From Meyerozyma guilliermondii (taxonomy: Eukaryota): DNA of 64,000 bases. How positions within the stretch are numbered: position 1 is the stretch's first letter; each line of letters begins with the position of its first letter. Shown here in pieces: positions 1 to 9,669 of this stretch. Under the pieces are notes generated by a model. It saw nothing but the letters and a program-made list of their open reading frames with translations, was not told the DNA's origin and ran no database searches. A program made the translations under genes and the position numbers. The DNA lies in the NCBI GenBank assembly GCA_051546255.1, contig CP128817.1, forward strand, positions 1,054,001-1,118,000. The letters are read 5' to 3'.

Positions 1-72
1 TATGCACGTGCGAGCAACGGCTCTAACCATCAGGTGAAAAATAGTAGTAACCAGCACAACCCCTATTGTTCT

Positions 73-2439
73 CTATCCCACCGTTCCTGATTCAGCCTCA
101 TCGTCTAGTAACCTTCTTCCTTCCTCCAAAACGGCTCCTTGCCGAACACACTTATCAAACTTGTCATATACAGGTTGCATTTTGATATAGTACTGAAGAA
201 GTTGCTGATACCGAATTTCTGTTTCTTCCAAGGTTCCAGCCGGGGGGATCAGGTCGTAGTCTATGCTTGTTTCTCTTATCAAAACATTGCGGGCGGGCTC
301 GCCATTAGAAATATCATTTTTCTTGTCGTAAATCGATATTATGGTGATTATCAATTCTTGAAACATCTTGACTTCGGTATCGAGATCTTCAATTTCCGTC
401 TGTCGCCAAATCTCAATGGACTCTTCAATGGTGGATTGCAACCTGGGGATACTTGAGAGCGTGTAAAGCAATGCATCTTTCCATAAATTTGTGAATGTTT
501 CTCCAATCGCAGTGGCATAAGTATCGTTACCTTCGACTCGATTCATAAACAAGTCAAACTCTCTCGTTCTTTTAACCGCAGTCATGATGAGTTCATTCTT
601 CACCAACGTGAGCCCGGTGTCTAGGATGCTATTTGTGATCTGAAGACCTTGTATCATTCCGGCAAGAATCACCTCGTCGTATCGACGGTCTGCCACATTT
701 TCTCTCTCTGGTAATAATGTGATCAAAGCGTCGGTGATTCTTGTTCCTGAGAAGAACAAGACATAGATGGTGCCCACGAGAACACCAATGGTAAATACCT
801 CTTGCCATATTTTGAGCAAGAGAATATCAATACCTATCAAATGTAAAATGAACGCATACCTCAACACCGTTAATGCCCAGCGTCCGGTGCCTCTCATATG
901 GTTTCGAAGTTGCGGGTAGATATTGAAGATCATTCTAGCTTGCTGCCTGTTTTGGTTAGCATTGTTTTCCACTTCGCCGAGATGTTCATTTTGAACGTGG
1001 ACCACCGCAGGATGCCGGTGTTGTTCCGCTGGATGGAGTAGAACCCTCACTTGTTGTATCATACTGCCATTATCATCACGGAAAACCGAGTCCAACCTAG
1101 CTATGCCTGCCGGACTCAAAAGAACGTATGGAGGGTGGTCTCCTTTGTTCACTATGATACATTGTGAAGTATTAAGCAGCACCTTTTTCTGAATACCGTC
1201 AACTTCCAATGAAAAGTCGTACATCATTGACGATAAGTCAGATTGATTTACAAGAAGAGATGATCCCCCATGTATGTTTTCGCCACGAGAATCATGGGTC
1301 TTCTTGATCATTTCATACGATTCGCCCGTCAACTGCCATTCCTCTCCCGTATCTAACACAATCTTCATGGGCTCCACCGCAAGAGGCTGAGCTTCCGTTG
1401 GTTGGTTTGGCTGTGTCTCGCTCGGTTCGTTTTCAGTCGTTCTTGTCGGGAGGAACTCGAATCTTTCAGAAGACCGAAGATCGTTCCAGAACAGACGGCT
1501 TAAGATTCCATCTTCGTCAGTTATTTTCAAGTCCATCGTTATTATGTTGCCATGCTCATAGAGTATGTTCAGGTCCAAGCTGAGGACGTCGTATAAACGG
1601 GATTGGTTGATAGATGGGGTGTTGGCTAGTACATGCGCAGAGTACGACAACTCTATCTGCTCGATGAACGTTCGTCTTACCGAAGACTCGTCCATTTGCG
1701 CTACGAGTTGCTGTTTCAACTCCTCGACTGTGGTTCTGTTGTTCACTTCTATAAGGTTAAAATGCTGGAGCTGGGGTACGTCGGAGTTGATTTTGATGTG
1801 AAACCGACAAAATGATATTTCTTCAGACAAATTGAACCGAACTCGGAATACAACTTGCAGAAGTGGTGCAACATCGAGTCCCAACACGTCTCGCAACTTC
1901 TTGCTGCTGTCACAAATATAATCCCCCGAGGACTGGAGCACCAAACCAAAGTATTCTCTGTTCATTTTTGGTGTGTCAAGGCTCTTACTTCGCTCTTCAG
2001 AGATGTAATCTTGGATGGTTCCAATTGTGCAATCAATGGTCTCACGTATGTGAATCTGACTTTCTATTCCTCTATTATCCTCCAATTGAATCAAGATATC
2101 AAATAACTCTTCTGGTGGATCACGAACAGGAATAGCTGGCAGATTGTACAACAGGTAATCGATGACCATTTTCAAATAAATTTCACTTTGGGGTTCTGTG
2201 AAGGTATTCAAGACATCTCCAAGCTTCTGCTCATCGTATAGTTTCTTGTTATCATAGAAAATGCTCACAAATATTGGTTTTATTCGGTAATTTTCAGACT
2301 GTCGCCATATCACTCCTTTGATGTCACCTATAGTATGAGAAAGAGTTATTCTAACGAGGTACTTGTCAATGTCCAAGGTCGGAGCAACACCACGGTTCAC
2401 TTCTTCTACTGCAAGCTTAAGGGTGAATGGAATATTCAT
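73..2439 (-). CDS. Probable Usa1-like ERAD (HRD complex) scaffold: ubiquitin-like segment(s) plus hydrophobic membrane region; 788 aa
   Basis: Long ORF; first ATG at 2439 (MNIPFTLK). Ubl-like stretch IEVNNRTTVEELKQQL...IELSYSAHVL, then two hydrophobic segments (YAFILHLIGIDILLL / VFTIGVLVGTIYVLFF). Size and layout resemble yeast Usa1, but identity is not certain. Confidence 0.5.
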   Translation of the reverse strand: MNIPFTLKLAVEEVNRGVAPTLDIDKYLVRITLSHTIGDIKGVIWRQSENYRIKPIFVSIFYDNKKLYDEQKLGDVLNTFTEPQSEIYLKMVIDYLLYNLPAIPVRDPPEELFDILIQLEDNRGIESQIHIRETIDCTIGTIQDYISEERSKSLDTPKMNREYFGLVLQSSGDYICDSSKKLRDVLGLDVAPLLQVVFRVRFNLSEEISFCRFHIKINSDVPQLQHFNLIEVNNRTTVEELKQQLVAQMDESSVRRTFIEQIELSYSAHVLANTPSINQSRLYDVLSLDLNILYEHGNIITMDLKITDEDGILSRLFWNDLRSSERFEFLPTRTTENEPSETQPNQPTEAQPLAVEPMKIVLDTGEEWQLTGESYEMIKKTHDSRGENIHGGSSLLVNQSDLSSMMYDFSLEVDGIQKKVLLNTSQCIIVNKGDHPPYVLLSPAGIARLDSVFRDDNGSMIQQVRVLLHPAEQHRHPAVVHVQNEHLGEVENNANQNRQQARMIFNIYPQLRNHMRGTGRWALTVLRYAFILHLIGIDILLLKIWQEVFTIGVLVGTIYVLFFSGTRITDALITLLPERENVADRRYDEVILAGMIQGLQITNSILDTGLTLVKNELIMTAVKRTREFDLFMNRVEGNDTYATAIGETFTNLWKDALLYTLSSIPRLQSTIEESIEIWRQTEIEDLDTEVKMFQELIITIISIYDKKNDISNGEPARNVLIRETSIDYDLIPPAGTLEETEIRYQQLLQYYIKMQPVYDKFDKCVRQGAVLEEGRRLLDDEAESGTVG

Positions 2440-2541
2440 TCGTGGCAAAACAACTTGAAAGTCTGACTTGGCAGTAAGGTGCGAAATATAACTATGGGGT
2501 AAAATAAGGTGCACTGCTTATATACAAGATTTATATAGGGA

Positions 2542-3807
2542 CTATTTTTTGATGGCATGGTATCTCTTACCTCTGAAAGCAAACATTTCGTTGTTCGCTT
2601 GGAATGTCTCCGTGGGGTTCGAGTCTACCAAATCAAGTTTGGTGGATCCGAAAATGTTCTTGGATTGGTTCATGAGAATATCGATTTCGTCAGCGAGCGG
2701 GTGGTTCTGGAGGTACAGAAGTTCTCTTCTAGTATCTTCTTCGTGGTACCCAGTGACGAACACCGCGCACTTGGACTCAAGTAAACCCTTGAGCGACTGA
2801 TCCCAGTGGATCTTATTGGCAGTTTGGAATCCAGGGTGGAATAAAAAGAATATATCAAGGTATGGGTCAAATGGGAAGAGGTCTCCCATATCGTAAACTT
2901 CGTGAAAGTATTTGGTATGGTAGTGCAAGGTAAGCTGCTCATCATATCTCTTGACATGGGGCCTGCCGTATGGTTCTGAGGTTGGTGTGAACGAGCGAGT
3001 ATCAGGATTAAAGTAGCACTCGGGTCCAATAAAGTGGATTTCGAATTTAGAATCGGGAAACAAGTAGCCAAATTGTTTCCAAACGTAGCCAGGCAACATC
3101 GCCTCCATCTTAGCTCCCAATATGAAGATTCTCAATGGTCTTTCTTTGAACAGAACGGCACTAGTGTCTCTAGTCTGTTTATAGGGAGGGTATAGAGTGT
3201 ACCGTAAAGCAGACAAAGACCGAAGTCCTTCAAGTGTTATTGGTCCATGAGGTTGCAAATTGTATGGGGAGAAATGCGTCATTACCGAGGCCATCGTAAT
3301 GGGGTATGTCAACACCTTGGAGGCAGCCGCCAAGTTGAACTCGGTATTCATCGGATTGAAATCTCTCGTGTAGAAAAACGTATCCCAAGTAGACATGTTT
3401 ATGGTGAAATCGTGCTCCTGTTCGCCGGGAAACACAAACTCATCGAACTGACGACCCGACCGCAAATCGTGCTCGTACAAATTGACCTTCTTCAAAAGCT
3501 CATACTTTTTCTTGCTATGATATTCCTCATCCTGTTCCCATGCCTCCTTCGAATGATGCGTGGGGATGCCTGAGTAGGGGCACACAAAGTTTACCGGCTT
3601 CTTGGTCACGGGACATAGGGCCTTGGTCCTGATGAAAGCTGCTCGGGTACGAATGTCATCATAGGGAGATTCGTCCCATTTGTAAAATTTGGTGTTGGCA
3701 TCTTTCGAATCAGAATCGTCCAAAAACAAGAGCTTCTTAAAGAAACTGGCATTTCTCCTGGATTCTATTCTCACAGAACGAAGTCGGGTGACCCGTGAAA
3801 CTACCAT
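2542..3807 (-). CDS. MSS51: Mss51, mitochondrial COX1 translational activator/assembly factor
   Basis: Basic N-terminal presequence; CPVT...CPYSGIPTHHS motif; YEHDLRSGR, WDTFFYTRDF, FDPYLDIFFLFHPG motifs typical of Mss51. Confidence 0.93.
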   Translation of the reverse strand: MVVSRVTRLRSVRIESRRNASFFKKLLFLDDSDSKDANTKFYKWDESPYDDIRTRAAFIRTKALCPVTKKPVNFVCPYSGIPTHHSKEAWEQDEEYHSKKKYELLKKVNLYEHDLRSGRQFDEFVFPGEQEHDFTINMSTWDTFFYTRDFNPMNTEFNLAAASKVLTYPITMASVMTHFSPYNLQPHGPITLEGLRSLSALRYTLYPPYKQTRDTSAVLFKERPLRIFILGAKMEAMLPGYVWKQFGYLFPDSKFEIHFIGPECYFNPDTRSFTPTSEPYGRPHVKRYDEQLTLHYHTKYFHEVYDMGDLFPFDPYLDIFFLFHPGFQTANKIHWDQSLKGLLESKCAVFVTGYHEEDTRRELLYLQNHPLADEIDILMNQSKNIFGSTKLDLVDSNPTETFQANNEMFAFRGKRYHAIKK

Positions 3808-3888
3808 ATCGACTATCGTACAAAATGCTCACGCACGATTTTTCACAAATCTACAAATTTCGCACCCATGCATCTGACCATTTATATA

Positions 3889-5496
3889 CTATAGTTCATC
3901 GTGATTTAGCTCCAGTGTTGCTGCCACATTTTCCGGTACCCCGGTCGCTGTCTCTATTACAATCACAGTGCTCGTTTCTGTAAACGTAGCGGTATCTAAT
4001 AATCGAGTGAATAGTTCATAGTTCCATGCCCCATTAGGTGCCTGCATACTCTTCACCTCCACCAAGTCTCCATCCTGATCAAGCATTGTTTCTGGATCTA
4101 CCAAGGAAATGTAGAGCAATTTCTTCTCCTCTGTGCCGTCCCGCTCTACTCTCACCATGGTGAGGAACTGGCCGTAAAAGTCGTAGATTTCAAACCAGAG
4201 AATGAAGGTATCCAGGAACTGTAGTGGAGGCTGAACATCTTCATCGAAAACCGGTGCTAGCATTATGGAACCCATCAGCTGCTCGAAAGCAAGACTTATA
4301 TGCCGCATGAAGTCACGTTGGTTCTTTGGGAGACCATTATAAATGAGTATGTGACGGTGTTTCAAATATAAGCTTGGTGTATCTAGTTCCTTCTTGAAAC
4401 TAGCAATGGAGAAACCTAAGCCAAGTGGTACCAATTGAACATCCGCAAATGAGATCTTGGAGCTCTTTCGAACGGGGAACTGGTACGTTAGGTCATGGTG
4501 TTCTTTGTATTGGTAAAAGTCGAGTTCAGTGGAGTTTTCATGCTGTTCACCAATACTTTTGCAATTGATGGTTGTGACTCTGTCCTCAACATCATTAGGG
4601 CGGAACTCAGGAATACTACAGAGTCGTGGAAGCGACACGGTCATCTGATAATGACAAGTCTTAACCTCTTGAATGTCAACAATCTCCACCATTCCTCGGT
4701 TATTGGGGTCGCACTTGTACATCACATCGACCGAACGAGGCTCATTGGTAAGATCGCAAATTCCACCCATTTTCAACGTGTGCTGGATATATCGCTGGCT
4801 CCGCGATTCTGACAAGTGTCCGTTGGTGAATGGGCTGACATCGCTGTCGATAATGGTGAACTCGGAGACATCGAGATTGTTACCCTTCCAGAGGGACTGG
4901 TTTTTGATTTTCTCATTGGCTCTGGAATTCGACCGCCATTTGGAATTGTCTTCGTTCTTGAATCGTCCGAGGACATACACGTAGTCTGGGAATTCAGGCT
5001 CGTGTTGGCCCGTTTTGAAAAAGCGTTGCAAGTTCTCATGAAACTGGATGATTTTATCACCAAAACAAAACGCATACGTCCAGTATCCCGAGTTGAAATT
5101 GTACACATAAACACATTCCTTGAGGCTGAACGACGCAAAGATCTGATCTATGGCTCGACGTATAAAATTGGCATCGTTGCGGAGCTCGTATGTGAGATTG
5201 GAAGATGGAACCGATAATGTGTTATTTGACCAGTACAGGCTTTTCTCTGGAATATGGCATAGATACTGTCGATTATTCGACCGGAGAATTTCATACGATC
5301 CCACATCGCTTTTATAATCGCACATCGACGGTGACGTATTCAGAATGGACATTGAATTCTCTAGCTTTTGGGCCACTTGAGGAGGTATTTCAGCATCTGA
5401 GAATTGTATAGCGAGCTTGGAGTTGCTGTCAGCAAGCACAATGCCGCTGAACCATAAGTGTCCCAAAAGAAACACATGGCTTAAGTTGAACCTCAT
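3889..5496 (-). CDS. YOS9: Yos9/OS-9 ER lectin (MRH/PRKCSH domain)
   Basis: Signal peptide; GYWTYAFCFGDKIIQFHE, GGICDLTNEPRSVDVMYKC and EVKTCHYQMTVSLPRLC MRH motifs; C-terminal HDEL. Confidence 0.92.
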   Translation of the reverse strand: MRFNLSHVFLLGHLWFSGIVLADSNSKLAIQFSDAEIPPQVAQKLENSMSILNTSPSMCDYKSDVGSYEILRSNNRQYLCHIPEKSLYWSNNTLSVPSSNLTYELRNDANFIRRAIDQIFASFSLKECVYVYNFNSGYWTYAFCFGDKIIQFHENLQRFFKTGQHEPEFPDYVYVLGRFKNEDNSKWRSNSRANEKIKNQSLWKGNNLDVSEFTIIDSDVSPFTNGHLSESRSQRYIQHTLKMGGICDLTNEPRSVDVMYKCDPNNRGMVEIVDIQEVKTCHYQMTVSLPRLCSIPEFRPNDVEDRVTTINCKSIGEQHENSTELDFYQYKEHHDLTYQFPVRKSSKISFADVQLVPLGLGFSIASFKKELDTPSLYLKHRHILIYNGLPKNQRDFMRHISLAFEQLMGSIMLAPVFDEDVQPPLQFLDTFILWFEIYDFYGQFLTMVRVERDGTEEKKLLYISLVDPETMLDQDGDLVEVKSMQAPNGAWNYELFTRLLDTATFTETSTVIVIETATGVPENVAATLELNHDEL

Positions 5497-5677
5497 ACAG
5501 TGATTACTGAAATGAAATCTCGCGAATTTATTTTAATTCGATTTCCTACTACCAGGATTAGGTCTATTGAAGTCCACACAAATACCTTTTTCACCACTAA
5601 AAAGACCATTACACGATATACTCTCGTCCGGCTGAACAACATATTTTATTTGCAGTTCCAAATCTCTTCTATCAACA

Positions 5678-5992
5678 ATGTCTGAATCGCAAGTGGCCGC
5701 TCTTAGTACACCCCATCTCAACGGCAACGAGGAATTTGCCTCTGTTGAGCACCAAACTCCCGTGGTGCGCATGGAAGATGCTGCTGAAGGCGATATAAGT
5801 TTCAGCGCCGGTAATGCTGTTTCTGTGTTTGATTTGGCTGCAGAAATCGAAAGCAAGTTGGCGAAAATCGGCCAAAAAATCAAATCCCACGACGACGAGC
5901 TCAATTCGGCAATTGACCAGGTACTTGATTCCTTGGAAGCTCTCGAATCGAAGCTTCAAGCTCCATCTTCGCTCGAAACAGAACCCCAGTAA
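5678..5992 (+). CDS. Small acidic coiled-coil protein, possibly HSBP1 (heat shock factor-binding protein 1)-like; 104 aa
   Basis: ATG in good context (caacaATGt); heptad pattern DLAAEIESKLAKIGQKIKSHDDELNSAIDQVLDSLEALESKL. Confidence 0.55.
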   Translation: MSESQVAALSTPHLNGNEEFASVEHQTPVVRMEDAAEGDISFSAGNAVSVFDLAAEIESKLAKIGQKIKSHDDELNSAIDQVLDSLEALESKLQAPSSLETEPQ

Positions 5993-6067
5993 TTGACCAG
6001 CCTTAGTCGTTTGTGTGGGTGTCTGGGTGTCTTTATATTTCAGCTCTGGCAAAAATCTCATCGGTTC

Positions 6068-7435
6068 ATGGTATCAGGAAAGCGAAGTAAGAACCAGATC
6101 CGGAGGGAGCGACAGAAGCAGCGAAAACTAAACGATACCTCGCTGCAGAATGCAGGCACCTTAAAATCTAGTCATGAGAACAACTCAAACGAGCCTAAAT
6201 CCATCGAAAAAGAACCTTCCACTACACTAACCCAAGAAATAGAATCTGATCCTTTGTTCAGTCAGTACCAAGAAGTATTCAGTAAATGGGGAAAGAGCGA
6301 CCGCGTCACTCTGAATGGAAATAGTCAACTACAAATTGCTTCTCACTCATTATCGTCAGAAGAGGAAAGTGAACCAGAAACAATTCATAAACCAGCGGTA
6401 AAACGAGAGAAAATTCCACTTGCTGACCTTAAAGCCGGCACTAGGAGGCCCCAGGTAGTTGAATGGCACGACCAAGATGCACGAGATCCAGTATTTCTCG
6501 TTTCCATCAAGTCGCAACCAAACGTAGTTCAAGTCCCTGACCACTGGTCTTCTAAGCGAGATTACCTTGCCAACCGCAGAGGGTTTGAGAAACCACCATT
6601 CCAGCTTCCTCATTACATACAAGAAACAGGCATTCAGGAAATGCGAAACGGAGATGCTGACAAGACTTTAAAACAACTGCAGAGGGACCGAGTCCAACCT
6701 AAAATGGGCCGACTAGATCTTGATTACCGCAAATTGCATCGAGCTTTCTTCGAAAAACAATCCAAGCCCCGCCTCTTTGGGTTTGGTGACATATATTACG
6801 AGGGTAGAGAACTTTCAGATGTTCATTCGGATGCCATAGAACTGATTAAGCCGGGAGTAGTATCGAAAGAGCTTCGCCAAGCTCTTGGGATTCTGACCTC
6901 TGATCGAACCCCACCTCCATGGTTGGGTCTTATGGCAACTATCGGTAAACCTCCAGCTTATAAAGATCTAATACTACCTGGTGTGGATGTTCCTTATGCA
7001 AACTCCGGATACCGTAATACGGTTGAACCACCAACTACCGATTACGAACTCTGGGGTAAACTAGAGGAAGTTGATGAATCAGAAGAAGAAGAAGACGAAG
7101 AAAATAACGAACAAGAATCAGGTGATGAAGAGGCTGAATCTGAAAATGAAGCGGAAGACCTGCCCCAGATCGTCACCAGTGCAATTCCTATCGAGGAATC
7201 GAAGCTGCGAATTCGACCTTCTACCACCAAGGAACCTCTGTTCTCTGTTGCCAATGAGCCTAAAGTCTCGGAGGATCAACTGTTGTATACTGTTGTGGAC
7301 GAAACTACACTTTCTTCTGGAAATAAGGTTCTTCCATCTCAAAAAGGCTATAACTTGAGGAGCAATGACAAGGCAAAAACGGAGAAGAATCCTGCCAGTG
7401 AAGAGGTCAAGCAACGAAAAAAGTACAAATTTTGA
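6068..7435 (+). CDS. CUS1: Cus1/SF3B2 (SAP145) U2 snRNP component; 455 aa
   Basis: First ATG at 6068; VVEWHDQDARDP, VPDHWSSKRDYL, KPPFQLPHYIQETGIQEMR, RVQPKMGRLDLDY, FGDIYYEG (DUF382) and KPGVVSKELRQALG..PPPWL..GKPPAY (PSP). Confidence 0.93.
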   Translation: MVSGKRSKNQIRRERQKQRKLNDTSLQNAGTLKSSHENNSNEPKSIEKEPSTTLTQEIESDPLFSQYQEVFSKWGKSDRVTLNGNSQLQIASHSLSSEEESEPETIHKPAVKREKIPLADLKAGTRRPQVVEWHDQDARDPVFLVSIKSQPNVVQVPDHWSSKRDYLANRRGFEKPPFQLPHYIQETGIQEMRNGDADKTLKQLQRDRVQPKMGRLDLDYRKLHRAFFEKQSKPRLFGFGDIYYEGRELSDVHSDAIELIKPGVVSKELRQALGILTSDRTPPPWLGLMATIGKPPAYKDLILPGVDVPYANSGYRNTVEPPTTDYELWGKLEEVDESEEEEDEENNEQESGDEEAESENEAEDLPQIVTSAIPIEESKLRIRPSTTKEPLFSVANEPKVSEDQLLYTVVDETTLSSGNKVLPSQKGYNLRSNDKAKTEKNPASEEVKQRKKYKF

Positions 7436-7497
7436 CTGCTATGTCTGCTTGCTCGTTTGCATCACAATATATCATGTACATTAATGCCAAACTACTA

Positions 7498-9507
7498 TTA
7501 AACAAACGGACTCTCAAAAGGGTAGTCCGATGTAGCCATCAAGGACTCAAAAGGATTGAGAGCCCTACTAAGGTCCAGGTCCATTTCCTTGAAGATTTCT
7601 TCAATGGTGTTCTCGAAAGATGCTTCCATCACAGGTTCTATTTGATGGTGGTGACTCTGTTCTTGTGGAGGCTCCAAACTCTCAATCTCCTTATTCTTCG
7701 AGTTCAAAATCAAGCTCAATAAATGTTGAGCAGAAGGGTCGCTTGCACTATGCTCACTTCTTCCTTTGAACTTGGAACAGACAATCATCCACTTTTTCAC
7801 TTTGGCCAATACTGAGGACATATTCACAGAAATGTTCAGATCCCACTTGCTTTCATTTTCCTTCATAATTTCGTCGATCTGGTTGACGTATGACTGAACA
7901 GTACTGTCATCGCTAGACGTGGTTAAGTTGCAATTCAATTTCAAGAACCCTGACTTCAAAATCAACTTTAGTCGGATGAGTATTACCAATGCGTGAAACG
8001 GCTTGTAGAAGAAAAATGTAGGATAGTTGATCGACCCGTTACTCAATTCCACAAAGCATTCAAGCAAGTTCTCGCATACTGTAGTCAACTTGATGATCAG
8101 CCCGAATACAAGTAGCGAGAGTTCCTCGTTAATGGGCAGATTTGTCATATTTGTGGTGATAAAATTATCATAAATATTCATCAATATCTGATAATAAATG
8201 AAAGAAACGAGAAACTCCTCACGATTTTCTTTATGAACAATTTTGAGGTGTCCGTCAACATTAATATTATTCTCCTTCAATATTGCAACCAATTGATGTA
8301 CATAAGCATCAATTATGAGCATAGTATTGCTGCCGGAGATTTTTGCTCTCTCAGGGTTTAATATTTCAAGTGCTTCGTGTCCTGACTTTACTAGCTTTGA
8401 AATGGAACAGAGACAGCTATCAGTCATCGAAGAAGTTCGATTTTGAGCTAGAACATTGTAAGCATATTCATGATCTTTGGACCAGGTGGGAAGTTTGAAG
8501 CGAGGAAGAGATAGTCCTAAGGAGCTACAGCAGCAGTATACTGCCAAAAATGTTCTTAATCCACCATTCTCTTCTTCCAATTGGGTATTTGTATGCTTGG
8601 ATGAGTCGCCTAAACCCATGCAAAGTGAAACATTATAGGCCAACAAGAGTTTGATTTGGTTCTTGTGGTTACCATTGTTAGGCACGATACACCACAACGA
8701 AAGCACCAAACATGCTGTGACGAGCAGAAGCAGAAAGTTTTTAGCTTCGAAAAATATACGGTTTGCGAGATACAAATCAAGGTAATGAAGAAGGGTATTT
8801 TGCAATTCTCGATTGGTTTCCAGATTACCTGCAAGTTTCATTGCGCTTGTATTATTGTTGATGGTGGTTGCAAAAACACATGAAACCAAAAGGAGGGGAG
8901 TATTCTCTAGTTGGAATTCGAAGTCCAGCTGGTTCGAGGAAAATGATACCAATGGACAGTATGGAAGCATGTGCTCGAGAAAGAAAGAAAATCTGGCTCG
9001 GAGTACTTCTTTCGTTATGATATTATTGGCGATGAGCTCTCGAGCAAGGTTATCATCAGTCGAGATTTCATATGAATTTTCTGCAAATTTGGGGCTGATT
9101 GACCTCATTTGAGGTGTATTTGTGCTATTTCTTGGTGATCTAGTGGAAACTTTGCCATTTATTCGGGTCAAAATTGAATCAATAATTTTGCGAGCTTCAT
9201 AACCTTCAATTTCATCTGGTTCTTGTTCATAAACCGACTCCTCAATTTGTCTCAATTGCTGGAGCAACGTAGGCTCCAGTTTTTTCGGTAGCTTGCGTTT
9301 CTTCTTGGCTTGTTTTGCCGTGGGATCATTATCCAAAGAACATGCGATACCTGAACTGAAACATCGTCGACACGCCGAATGGCTAGGATTGTCATATATA
9401 CACTTCATCTTGAGCCTATGACATCTTGCACATGCCCTTACCTGGCGCCAACGACTGGCAAAGTCCGAGAGTGGGTCTGGACTGCCATTGAGCGGAGTAG
9501 CATCCAT
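7498..9507 (-). CDS. Zn(II)2Cys6 transcription factor (possibly War1-like)
   Basis: RACARCHRLKMKC...ACRRCFSSGIAC binuclear zinc cluster; middle homology-type region; acidic C-terminus. Confidence 0.88.
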   Translation of the reverse strand: MDATPLNGSPDPLSDFASRWRQVRACARCHRLKMKCIYDNPSHSACRRCFSSGIACSLDNDPTAKQAKKKRKLPKKLEPTLLQQLRQIEESVYEQEPDEIEGYEARKIIDSILTRINGKVSTRSPRNSTNTPQMRSISPKFAENSYEISTDDNLARELIANNIITKEVLRARFSFFLEHMLPYCPLVSFSSNQLDFEFQLENTPLLLVSCVFATTINNNTSAMKLAGNLETNRELQNTLLHYLDLYLANRIFFEAKNFLLLLVTACLVLSLWCIVPNNGNHKNQIKLLLAYNVSLCMGLGDSSKHTNTQLEEENGGLRTFLAVYCCCSSLGLSLPRFKLPTWSKDHEYAYNVLAQNRTSSMTDSCLCSISKLVKSGHEALEILNPERAKISGSNTMLIIDAYVHQLVAILKENNINVDGHLKIVHKENREEFLVSFIYYQILMNIYDNFITTNMTNLPINEELSLLVFGLIIKLTTVCENLLECFVELSNGSINYPTFFFYKPFHALVILIRLKLILKSGFLKLNCNLTTSSDDSTVQSYVNQIDEIMKENESKWDLNISVNMSSVLAKVKKWMIVCSKFKGRSEHSASDPSAQHLLSLILNSKNKEIESLEPPQEQSHHHQIEPVMEASFENTIEEIFKEMDLDLSRALNPFESLMATSDYPFESPFV

Positions 9508-9669
9508 GACAACAACTTAATTCTCATCGGATTTCTCCGCGCTATCGCTTATCTACAACATTATCTGCAAGATATCTACGAGATCTCTAACTGATATTTT
9601 ATTGCGGATACAATGGCCACGTCTTACTGACCATGGAGTTTCTTATGTGATGGGGTCATAAGACTATGC

